DNA of 20,000 bases from Chiloscyllium plagiosum (Eukaryota), in NCBI RefSeq assembly GCF_004010195.1, contig NC_057719.1:26042114-26062113 (forward strand), in the 5' to 3' direction. Under the pieces are notes generated by a model. The model searched no databases. It was not told where the DNA came from and was given only the letters and a program-made list of their open reading frames with translations. Shown in pieces: positions 9,897 to 19,723 of this stretch. The number at the start of each line of letters is the position of its first letter. Position 1 is the first letter of the stretch. A program made the translations under genes and the position numbers.

Positions 9897-11044
9897 CCCC
9901 TCCCCACTCCAAACCTTTTCCAGCATAATCTTTGCTATGTTTATAAAGCTACAATTGAATTAGACATCTTGCAGAAATCCAGCTCAGTACATACTGAGCA
10001 AAAATCAAGAATCTGATTGCATCCTGGCATGAGCTGCCCATCAGGGCTACATGCTAATGCCAGAGTGAATTCAGTGGCAGAACACTGTAAATGGAGCACA
10101 GGTTCCCCTTAGATCTGTTGCTATAGCAATGACATTTGCAGACACCTCCTCACTTCTCATGTGCTGAGCATGTGCAGAGAGCCAAATGTGGCACTTCAGC
10201 TTCAGAATATCCATCCCATAATGATGAAATGGTAACTGTTGCTCAGTAAGTGTATTTTGTGAGAACGGCCACACATAACATGGAATAAATGTACTGTATA
10301 TTTTCACATAATCTTTCAAAATGTAACTGTACTAAAAATAGATATAGCCCCCTCTGCATATTCCAATGGTCAGTGGACTTCAGTCTTGCCATCAGTTCTT
10401 CCATGAGGGAAATTACACACCTTGTTTGAAGCTCCTTGAAAATCAAGAGGCATTTTTGCATTCACTGTGGCCTAGTTAAACGTACGCAGTAGTATAATCC
10501 TTGGGGAGGAAGCAGATCCAACTGCTTCTAGTATGGAGGTATCAGGCACAACTGAGGTGAAGGGTAGCAACAGCAGTAGCAGTTCTGTGTTTCAGTTGGA
10601 TTGTAATATTGTGTTGGTGTGTGACAAAGATTTACAAACATACTCTTTCCAAAAACTGCTTCTTTAGCACTTAACACCAACTTTTCCATTTGACAAACAC
10701 AATTCATTTCTGTCCTCCAATCTTTCTGTCCAGATTTTAGAAGGAGAATATGTGCAATAGTGTGGCAAATGATGGCAGTCCAGAACCAATTAGTTTCCAA
10801 TGAGTTTTTATGAAATAAATATACTTTACAGAAGGAAAATATCTTAAAAATGCCCATGGCAGGAGGTAATGTACCTGCTGTTCCATACAGAATCTAACAG
10901 ACAACATGCATGTGTGTGTTATGGACATGGGTTGAGTCAGAGTGACTGCTTTGCCAGCCAACATGCCAAAAGGAAATCACCACCATGCCCTGGTGAATTA
11001 TAATTTTGAGAGTGGGGCCCTCTGCCCCTCAGTGAGAGGAAGTG

Positions 11045-11489
11045 TAGAACCATAAAAAATGACACAGCACAGAAGCAGGCCATTTGGCCCATCGTGTCCA
11101 TGCCAGCCCAAAGAAACCTAGATGCCCTTCAATCCCATCTTCCTGCACATAAACCCTGCTGAGAAACTGCAGGAAGGAAAGGGCTTATGCCCGAAACGTC
11201 GATTCTCCTGTTCCCTGGATGCTGTCTGACCTGCTGCGCTTTTCCAGCAACACATTTCCAGCTCTGATCTCCAGCATCTGCAGACCTCACTTTCTCCTCC
11301 AGGAGCCTTCTCTGTTCCAAGAAAAACAACCTCAACTTCCCCAATTTCTCCTCATGGCAGGAATTCTCCAGCCCTGGCAACATTTTAGTAAATCATCTCT
11401 GCACTCTCTCCAGAGCAATTATGTCCTTTAATGTGGTGACCAATACTGCACACAACACTCCAGTTATAATCTCACCAGTGGCCTATACA
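11045..11489 (-). mobile_element. Older CR1-clade LINE 3' fragment interrupted by a Penelope unit
   Basis: The 3'UTR-like acagcacagaagcaggccatttggcccatcgtgtccatgcc resembles 8426-8467. The minus peptide MLPGLENSCHEEKLGKLRLFFLEQRRL is CR1 ORF2-like. Confidence 0.8.
11180..11299 (+). mobile_element. Penelope family A terminal unit beginning at hammerhead stem II
   Basis: agggcttatgcccGAAAcgtcgattctcc...ctcactttctcc is nearly identical to 1280-1393. Confidence 0.9.
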
Positions 11490-11918
11490 GGAAGTACCAC
11501 CCTCGAGAACTGGCAGGCCATCAAACTGAGTGCCAGCTCAGGCAGTCCCTGAGCTCAGTAGTGGGCATTGCTGGGGTTGAAATAAAAGAGCACAGTGAAG
11601 ATGAATGGCTACAAAAGTGTGAGAATTTCCAGGGCTTGGAGTAGAAAGGTATCTGAGATCATTGGGAAGTGGGCTCAGAGGCCTGCATCAGGCTGGCTTT
11701 GAAAGGCAGGTGGCACAAAAGGTTTGCAGGGGGTGGGGATGTTGATATGTTGGGGTGGTGCCAATGAGGCACACAAAGTAGGGCGCTCCATTTCCTTCCT
11801 ACAATTTCTCAGCTGGATCACAAAGATCACCTGTCTGCCTGCCCATGCCATCCAGGACAGTGTGACATGTTACTCTTAGTGAAGGATTTGCCCAACTAAT
11901 CAACTGTCCATTTTAATT

Positions 11919-12107
11919 GCCTTCACTGTCGCAAGGTCAAAATCCCAGAATTCACTCCCTCAGGGCATTGTGGGTCAACCTACAGCACATGGACTGCAGC
12001 AGTTCAAGAAAGCAGCTCACCACCACCTTCTCAAGGGCAACTAGGGATGGGCAATAAATGACTACCCAGCCAGTGATACCCAAATACCATGAATGAATAA
12101 ACAAAAA
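11919..12107 (+). mobile_element. 3' end of a second CR1/L2-clade LINE family
   Basis: Homologous to 13953-14125 (ttcaagaa.gcagctcaccacca.cttctcaa..gcaa..gggcaataaatg..ccagccag) and ends in an A-rich tail. Confidence 0.8.
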
Positions 12108-12589
12108 ATGGCAGGAGGGTTTGCAATCAGCCCATAGGCTAGCTAATCACATGTATATGTGTGATATACACCGCATGCCCTCACTGACAAAAATACACCA
12201 ATTTGTAAGGGGGAGCAGTCTGAGGACTTTTTAAAGTAGGCTATTGCTTGGAATTATTTCAAAATAACAATCATTTACAAATTCACCTCTGTCATAATAA
12301 GAATTAAAATTGAACTTCAACTAAATCCTACAAGATGGAAAGCAAAGAAAAACATGCAACAGCATTGTGGTCAGGTTGTGACGATGTTATGTTTGGAGGT
12401 GTGGGGCAATGAGCATGTGCAAATAGTGTCCTCAACTTCATAGGAGAAGAAACCTGCCAGTCAATGAGCAGTCTCCAGCAGTCCATTGTAGCACACTATC
12501 AACCTGGTAAAAAATGATTGGAGCATGTCCACTGCATGGTCTGGCTAGTTTATCACTAGTTTTTCCAAAGTAGTTGAGTGGATAGTTAG

Positions 12590-12663
12590 GTTGCAGATCA
12601 GCCATGATTTCCCGAATGCCAGAACAGGTTCGAGTCTCAAGACTCTATTTCTGCTCCTTTGTT
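12590..12663 (+). mobile_element. Short decayed CR1 3'UTR remnant
   Basis: gatcagccatgat..gaatg..agaacagg.tcgag..ctgctcct resembles the CR1 3' terminal motif (from recall only). Confidence 0.4.
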
Positions 12664-12946
12664 AATAATCTTGAAACAGAGCCTTCTTCTCACATTTATC
12701 AATCCACACCTTGCTTTTCAGTTTCTGTCAAGGATTCCTAAATAAAAAGGACATTGTCAGTGCTTCAGCATAGCTCTGATAAAGAATTTAGTCTCCAGGA
12801 ATATTTGCACCAATTTTTTGTGCATAAGGCATATCATTTCTACTCTGCTAACTCTTCTGCATCTATATTCAAGTTCAGGAAAGAATTTTCTCTCTTCAAA
12901 ACTTCCTTCCTTCAGACTGAGTTTTTTTTTATTTACAGAATGAAAG

Positions 12947-13199
12947 CATTCCTAATTGCCCAGAGGGCAGTTAAGAGTCTGGTGTCACATGTAGGACAGA
13001 CCAGTTTCCTTCCTAGAACTACATTAGTAATCTAAATGGGATTTTCTGTCAATCAACAATGGATTCATGGTCATTATTCCAGATCTTTATCAAATTCAAA
13101 TTCCACCATCTGTCATGACAGGATTTGAATCTGGATCACTGGAACATCAGTTGGTTTCCTGGATTAACAGTCCAGTGACAACACTTGGCTACTGCCACC
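12947..13199 (-). mobile_element. tRNA-derived SINE sharing its 3' tail with the second LINE family
   Basis: The minus strand has a tRNA-like head (ggtggcagtagcc..agtg..actggactgttaatccag..B-box-like GATTCAAATCC). Its tail gggcaattaggaatg matches the LINE end gggcaactagggatg (12036-12050). Confidence 0.75.
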
Positions 13200-13404
13200 C
13201 CATTTGAGAAACTGCCTTTTGGAATTCCAGTATCACTTCATATTTTTTTTGCTTCACTGCCAAAGTTTGAAAGTTTTTCCTACTGTCCACCACAGATTCT
13301 CTAGATGACCACAATAATTTACATCGATATACTAGGCTAATAATTTAGGTCTCCAAAATACAAAGACAAATTAATGAATTATTTCTTATTTTGTCTTCGA
13401 GCAG

Positions 13405-14125
13405 GAACATTCATGTCATACAAGTGCCAGGCAATAACCATCTAATCACTGCTCCTTGACATTCAATTTAGTTACCATCACTGAATCCCCCACTAATAAC
13501 ATCTTTGGGGTCACTACTGACCAGAAACTCAACTGAACTCACCACAGACACAGTGGCTACAAGAGCAGATCACCTGTTAGGAATACTGTGTTGAGTAACT
13601 CACCTCCTGACTCCCAAAACCTGACCACCAGCTACAAGGCATAAATCAGGAGCATGGTGGAATACTCCTGGATGGGTGCAACTTCAACAATACTCAAGAA
13701 GCTTGGCACCAGCAAGGCCAAAACAGCCCGCTTGATTGGCATTATATCCACAAGCATCCACTCCCTCCACCACTAGCGCCCAGTAGCAGAAGTGAAAGAT
13801 GTACTGCAGAAATTCATCAAAGATCCTTGGACAACACCTTCCAAATCCACGACCACTTCCATCTAGATTGATGAGGGCAGCAGATACATGGGAACACCAC
13901 CACATGCAAATTCTAAGCCACATACCATCCTAACTTGGAAATATATCACTGTTCCTTTACTGCCAGTGGTTTAAAATCCTACCATTGTGGGTCAACCTTC
14001 AGCATGTGAATTGCAACAGTTCAAGAAGGCAGCTCACCACCAGCTTCTCAAAAGCAACTTCTAACGGGCAATAAATGTTGACCAGCCAGCGATGCCCACA
14101 TCCCATGAGTAAATTTTTTTAAAAA
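13405..14125 (+). mobile_element. Second CR1/L2-clade LINE family, decayed ORF2 C-terminus and 3' end
   Basis: Decayed peptides KCQAITI, ITESPTNNIFGVTTDQKLN*THH (LGVxxDxxLxW motif) and YKA*IRSMVEYS. The 3' end matches 11919-12107. Confidence 0.85.
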
Positions 14126-15371
14126 CCCAACTTTTGCCATAATGTATTGATTACGCTTTGTCTGGATGCAACTCCTCCACACTCCACAAAGCCACCCCTG
14201 GCCCTAATTAACTACCTTGCCTCAGGCAAGGAAAGTGACTGCTTTTCCAACAGGAAAACAAGAGCGGACTACCTTCTGGGTGGAGGTGGGAAAGGGCCTC
14301 CACTTACCCCCATCTGGTAGCTTTCAGCTACACCCCTTCCCTTGCATAAAACCACCCCCTCACCCCATAACCCCATCCCAAGATCTTTTAAAACAAGCTC
14401 ACTCACGTTCTCAGCTTCCTAGCTGTGCAGGCCAGGCCTCCGGTGACAATCTCCAGTTCTCAGGGACTCATGATACACTGGAGAAGGCTGTCAGTCAGCC
14501 TTCTTACTGGTGGGGACAGGGAGTTAGTCACTTCTAAAGACACCCAGCACCACAACATCCAGAGCACTAAGTGAGGGCTATTGTTTGACCAGAGCTTGAA
14601 AATCAAGAACTATGACTCAGTCCAACAAAAGTCCCTTGCTGGTGCTTTCAATTCACCATTAAGTTCAGAATGTAAAGGTGCAAGAAAGGATCCTGAACTC
14701 ATTCACTCTATATTTCTTGCAATCGCTACATACATGACGAGCATGTGGATATGTCTAAAGGAAAGAGATGGAAATGATCTTAGCCAAATTATAAACAGAC
14801 ATGAGAGGTAGCTCTTGCTCAGCTTGTTTTTGACAGCAATACATTTTAGAGAATTAGTTCAATTTGAGCAGGACAAGGATTTTGTTCCATCTGAAAAAGA
14901 ATGAATTCTGAATGAATAAGGAACAATTGGATGAAAGAGACATTTCATTTTCAGCAGGAGAGGACTCATCCTTCCCAACAAAGAGGTTATGTTACAAAGG
15001 AGCTGGCTGTTTCACAGCTGAGAGCTTGTTAATTTATTCTACACTAGATTGTTGGCCTGTGGTGTGGTAGTCATCTCAAGAAGGTCTCATACCTTTAGAG
15101 AACTCAATCGTCTTCTGAATCTTTGCTCCAGGTTTGGGTGGAAACCACTGCATCAGCAAAACAAAAACTTGCTGCATAAATACAACCTGAGGTCATTGAA
15201 AAAAAACATTTTGGACAGACTTATGGTCATGAGTCCCTGAGACAGGGGGCTTAACCTAACAAAAATCTTTCAAAGTGGATCCATTTAATAGCGTCAAATA
15301 AGTTTGCAACTGAACATAAAATATTCCTTATTAACTTGTTTTTCTGAGTTGATATTAGACACAACCATGGT

Positions 15372-15492
15372 GAGGTAAAAACAATGACTGCAGATGCTGG
15401 AAACCAGATTCTGGATTAGTGGTGCTGGAAGAGCACAGCAGTTCAGGCAGCATCCAAGGAGCTTCGAAATCGACGTTTCAGGCAAAAGCCCT
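15372..15492 (-). mobile_element. Penelope family A-related terminal unit starting at hammerhead stem II, inserted in a SINE remnant
   Basis: The minus strand starts agggcttttgcctGAAAcgtcgatt. Perfect 12-bp TSD CACAACCATGGT at 15360-15371 and 15493-15504. The flank (ctggagttacacatagaccaga) resembles the SINE at 12975-13003. Confidence 0.9.
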
Positions 15493-15880
15493 CACAACCA
15501 TGGTAATACAGGACTGGAGTTACACATAGACCAGATTGGGTAAAGTCAACAGATTATTATCCCTGAGCAGAAATTATGGAACTGTTTGCATTCTATTATA
15601 ACACCAGTGATGAAAGGAATTAATTATGAGGGTGTTAGATGTGATGCTGATCAAACAGGTTGTTTTAACCTGGAATGGTCGAGTTTCTCAATAGTTGTTG
15701 CAATTACATTCATTCAGGTAAATGGGCAGTATTCCATCACAGTCCAGACTTGTGCCTTGTAGGTGGAAGACAGATTTTGAGGAGACAGGAGCTGAGCTTC
15801 TGTAGTCACTGCAGAATTCCTAGCCTCTGATCTCCTCTTGCAGCCACAGTATTTACGCAGAATGTTGATAGCATGAGGAA

Positions 15881-16640
15881 GAATGTATAACTTTTAGATT
15901 AATTGATATTTTGTATTTTGTATGTTAAGAAGGTGTAAAGCGGTTTTAGTTTCAATTTTATTTAAAAGAGTTCTTTTGTAGTTTTGGCAACAGGGAGTCT
16001 GGAGGCTTGGGCATGCATTTTTAATGAGGTTTTACAATCCTTGCAGTGAAGGAAGAAGGATTTGTCGTTCAATACGCAAAAAACATCTAGTGGCAGGGGT
16101 TGGGAGACACAAAGAAAAATCTAGAAGGCAGTCAGCTGATGTGTGCCAGAGAAACACTGCTGGAACTTATGATGAGGGAAATCGTGTTTGTTCTGAAGTT
16201 AAAAAAATACTGATTTTAGTTTGTATTTTATCTTTAGAGACTCAGGGAGAAAGGTACCAGCCAAAGCATCTAGGTTATATGCAGAAATTTCTGGAAGGAA
16301 ATCAGGACTGAGTGCCAGCCTGAGCAAGAAATCTTGGTTTGGAGATAGTGATCTCTTCAGTAGAGATTTGGCATTTGTAAGGATATTGCTGGCTTGGTAT
16401 GAAATTGAATCTTTCTCTGATGTCTGTAATGAAATCTTTCCAGTTGTTACCTTTAGTGTAGTATAATTTATGTTTTACTTGTTTATTAAATGGTTTACTC
16501 CTTGTGTTAAAATCCTCCGACAAGACTATTGTGAAAGTGTTCGGTAACCAACCTCACAGTTAATAACAAAACAATTTCGGTCCTATTAAACCCGATCTGA
16601 AACATCCAATATTAAAAACAGCTCGGGTTAAAAATTAGAA
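15881..16640. mobile_element. ~760-bp non-coding insertion, possible solo LTR
   Basis: It splits a collinear LINE and is flanked by GAGGAA (15875-15880 and 16641-16646). It starts TGTATAAC (15884) and ends GTTAAAAA, a degenerate inverted match. Confidence 0.45.
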
Positions 16641-17035
16641 GAGGAATCAGCAATTATAATGCCATTGAATGTGACGGGTTAATGATTATGCCAGGCAAAG
16701 TTACACGCCTGCATGTGATTCAGGTCTTGCTGTAATCGAAATGGATTGCTTCAGGATCTATGGAGTCACAGATGGTGCTGAAAAATTGTGCAACCAGCAA
16801 ACGACCCCATCTTTGACTTTATGAAAGGGGGAATGTTATTGATGAAGCAGCTGAAGATAGTTGGGTGTTGAACACCACCCTGAGGAATTCCTTCAGAGAT
16901 GTTCTGTGGATGAGATAACTGACCTTTAGCAAACACAGCCAACTTCCTTTGGTGCTTTGTGTGTTTCCGACGAGTAAAGGGATGCCCCCCTCCCTGATTC
17001 ACATTTACTCCAGCCCCACTAGGATTACTTGATAC

Positions 17036-17192
17036 CATAAACAAAAACAAAAATTGCTGGGAAAAACTCAGCAGGTCTGGCAAGGTCTGTGGAGAAAAAG
17101 CAGAGTCACTATTTCAAGACTAGTGACTTTTCTTCAGAACAATTTCAGTTTGTGTTTCTGATTTCCAGCATCTGCAATTCCTTGTTTTTTAT
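17036..17192. mobile_element. Penelope-like family C terminal unit with short inverted arm and degenerate hammerhead
   Basis: aaattgctgggaaaaactcagcaggtctggca.. resembles the family A terminus. The minus strand ~17140-17105 reads gtt-CTGAAGA-aaagtcactagtctt-GAAA-tagtgac. It continues on the plus strand as tttccagcatctgca. It interrupts the LINE. A related scrap lies at ~9612-9648. Confidence 0.65.
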
Positions 17193-18451
17193 GCTTAATG
17201 CTCAGTTAATTGATGTCAAGGCAGTCACCCTCCCTTCTCTACTTGAGTTCAGCTATTTTGTCCAATTTTGGACCAAGCCTGGAATGACTTCACGGGCTGA
17301 ATGGACTAATCAGCAGGTTATTGTTGATTAAGTCCTACCTGATAGCACAGTTGATGACATCTTTCATCATTTTACTGATGATCAAGAGTAGACTGATGGG
17401 GTGGTAATTGGTCAGCTTGGATTTTTCATGCTTTTTATTGTCAGGACAAAGGTGGGCAATTTTCCACATTGTTGGGTGGATGTCAGTGCTGTAGCTTCAT
17501 TGGAACAGCTTGGCTAATGGTGAAGCAAGTTCTGGAACACCAGTCCTTAGTACTAATGCCAGAATATTGTCAGGGCCCAGGGCTTTTGCGGTATCCAGTA
17601 CTTTCAGCCATTTCTTAATATCACATGGAGTGATTCAAATTGGCTGAAGATTGGCATCTGTGCTGCTGGGGATCTCTGGAGGAGGCCACGATGGATCATC
17701 CGCTCAATACTTCTGACTGAAGATTGTTACAAATGTTTCAGCCTCATCTTTTGCAGGAGATTTTGGACTTTCCCCATTATTGAGGGTGGACCTATTTATT
17801 GAGCCCTGTTCTCCAGTGTATCTATTGTCTACCACTACTGAAGACTGGATGTGACAGGACTACAAATTATAGATCTGATCCATTGATTGTTGAATCAAGT
17901 TGCACTGTCTATAATTCACTTCTTATCCTGTGTCATAGCTTCACCAATTTTACACAGCTGGTGCTGCTTCTGGTTTGTACTCTTCATTTATGCAATGCCG
18001 CTCCATGGGCTTGCTAATAATGGCAGAGTGGGGGATATGCTGGGCCATGAGGCTAGATTATAGTTGTATATAGTTCTGCCAATGATGGTCCACAGCACCT
18101 TATGAATGTCTAGATTTGAGTTGTTAGATCTAAGCAAAATTTCTCACATCTAGCACAAGGGTGGTGACACATACAAGATGGTGAGTACCTTTACTGTGAA
18201 GGTAGGACCTTGTTTCCACAAGGACCGTGCAGTGGTCACTCCTACCGATATGGTCATGGACAGATGAATCTGTTAGGCAGATTGTAGGTGGGTGATGTAC
18301 AGGAACAGCTTGGCTGAGGCTGTACTTATTTTGTCTATTGCCACAACATTATCCGGGCCTGTAACCTTTACACTATCCAGTGCCTCAGTCCACAATGTCA
18401 AGTGGTGTGAATTGAAGTGGGCTGAAGACTGGCATTAATGAAGCTATGGAG

Positions 18452-18601
18452 CAGTGTTCCCTCTAAGCTGTTCAGCCATTCTGAGGTTCTACACACCCCT
18501 AATTGGTGTGTCAATGCATTGGTTTCTGGTTTTGGAGGGTGCTGCCATGCACAGACCTTGGGAAGTCCATACGCTGATAAAAATAATCAGAGGGAGCATT
18601 G
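18452..18601. mobile_element. 150-bp MITE with hAT-like terminal inverted repeats
   Basis: CAGTGTTCCCTCT ... AGAGGGAGCATTG (11/13 inverted match), interrupting the LINE. No 8-bp TSD is recognisable. Confidence 0.55.
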
Positions 18602-18720
18602 ATTGGGTGACACTGAGATGGAACTTCCATTTGACCTTTCAGTTGAATATAGTCATGCACATTTCAGCATTGTCTCTTGTGTTGATGTGCTGGGCTCATT
18701 AAAAGGGGAATATTTGTGGA

Positions 18721-18792
18721 ATTTTCTCTTCCACTTGGTAGTGTCATTGTCCACCAATTTTCACTTCCACTTGGTAGTGTCATTGTCCACCA
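18721..18792 (+). repeat. 36-bp tandem duplication (2 copies)
   Basis: ATTTTC(T/A)CTTCCACTTGGTAGTGTCATTGTCCACCA x2, 35/36 identical. Confidence 0.95.
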
Positions 18793-19104
18793 ACCTTCCT
18801 GATTGAATATGAAATATTGATCTGATTCCTTGGTTGTGGGAACCACTCAGCTTTGTCGATTGCATGCAGCTTCCTCTGTTTAATATGCAAGTAATTCTAT
18901 GTTGGAGCTGCACAAGTTGGCACCTCATTTTCAGGTATGCCTGTTGCTGCCAATGACATATTCCAAACTCATTTTCTATGAGGTTGATCTTCTACCTGAT
19001 GGTAAAATGACAGATATGCCTAACCATGAGGTTGCAAATTGTAGTTGAATATAATTCCAATGTTCCTCATGGATGCCTGTTTTTGTGTTGCTAAACCTGC
19101 TCTA

Positions 19105-19291
19105 AGAGAAAGTGAGGATTGTAGAAGCTGGAGATCAGAGATGAGAGTGTGGTGCTGGAAAAGCGCAGCAGGTCAGGCAGCATCTGAGGAGCAGGAAAAT
19201 CGACATTTGGGCATAAGGCTTATGCCTGAAAATTCTATTCTCTTGCTCCTCAGATGCTGCCTGACCTACTGTGCTTTTCCAGCACCACATT
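19105..19291. mobile_element. Short Penelope family A unit, inverted repeat joined inside hammerhead stem II
   Basis: Arms ~19148-19217 and 19218-19289 meet at gggcataag|gcttatgcct. Perfect 14-bp TSD CTAAACCTGCTCTA at 19091-19104 and 19292-19305. Confidence 0.9.
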
Positions 19292-19723
19292 CTAAACCTG
19301 CTCTAGATCTATCTCATTTATTTGGTGCAGGGTGTCCTCAATGCAAAGATGGGATTGTGCAGTCCTACTAATATTGTCCTGGGCACATATATTTGTGACA
19401 CATAGATTGGTAAGGCCAAGGTTTAATAGCTTTTCCCTCTTAGTTTTATCAGAGTTTGGTCAGCGGTGCTTTGTCCAAGCCTTAGTGCTACACATTGAAG
19501 GTTTTTAGAGTATTATGTTCCCATGCAATCCTCTGTAGTTCTCCTATATGATTTTCAACATTGAGGGTAGTAGCAATAAATATGCAGCAAGTTTTCTTGC
19601 CCAGAGTTGATCTGACGCTTTGAGACTCCATGGAATCTGGAGTCAATATTGAGGAGTCCTAGAGTCACTGTGTCCTGAGTGCTTTTACAGTGGCAACACC
19701 ACCAGTAGGATATTTCAGCTTTA

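Larger units (their letters stand above)
15628..18290 (-). mobile_element. Decayed CR1/L2-clade LINE (second family) including the RT core, interrupted by two inserts
   Basis: The minus peptide ISEGIPQGGVQHPTIFSCFINNIPPFIKSKMGSFAG (~16790-16900) is a decayed GVPQGSVLGP..FINDL..FADD motif. 15628-15880 and 16641-16680 are collinear with the reverse complement of 13455-13765. Confidence 0.85.
18297..19720 (-). mobile_element. Second, overlapping copy of the same LINE family, heavily decayed
   Basis: 18301-18450 parallels 17501-17670 (ggaacagcttggct..tatccagt..ggctgaaga.tggcat). 19015-19075 parallels 18035-18105. Confidence 0.7.

Noticed and set aside
10243..10461. 72-aa minus-strand ORF as a candidate LURAP1L exon 1
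   Set aside because: No similarity to the LURAP N-terminus, and no supporting splice signals were identified.
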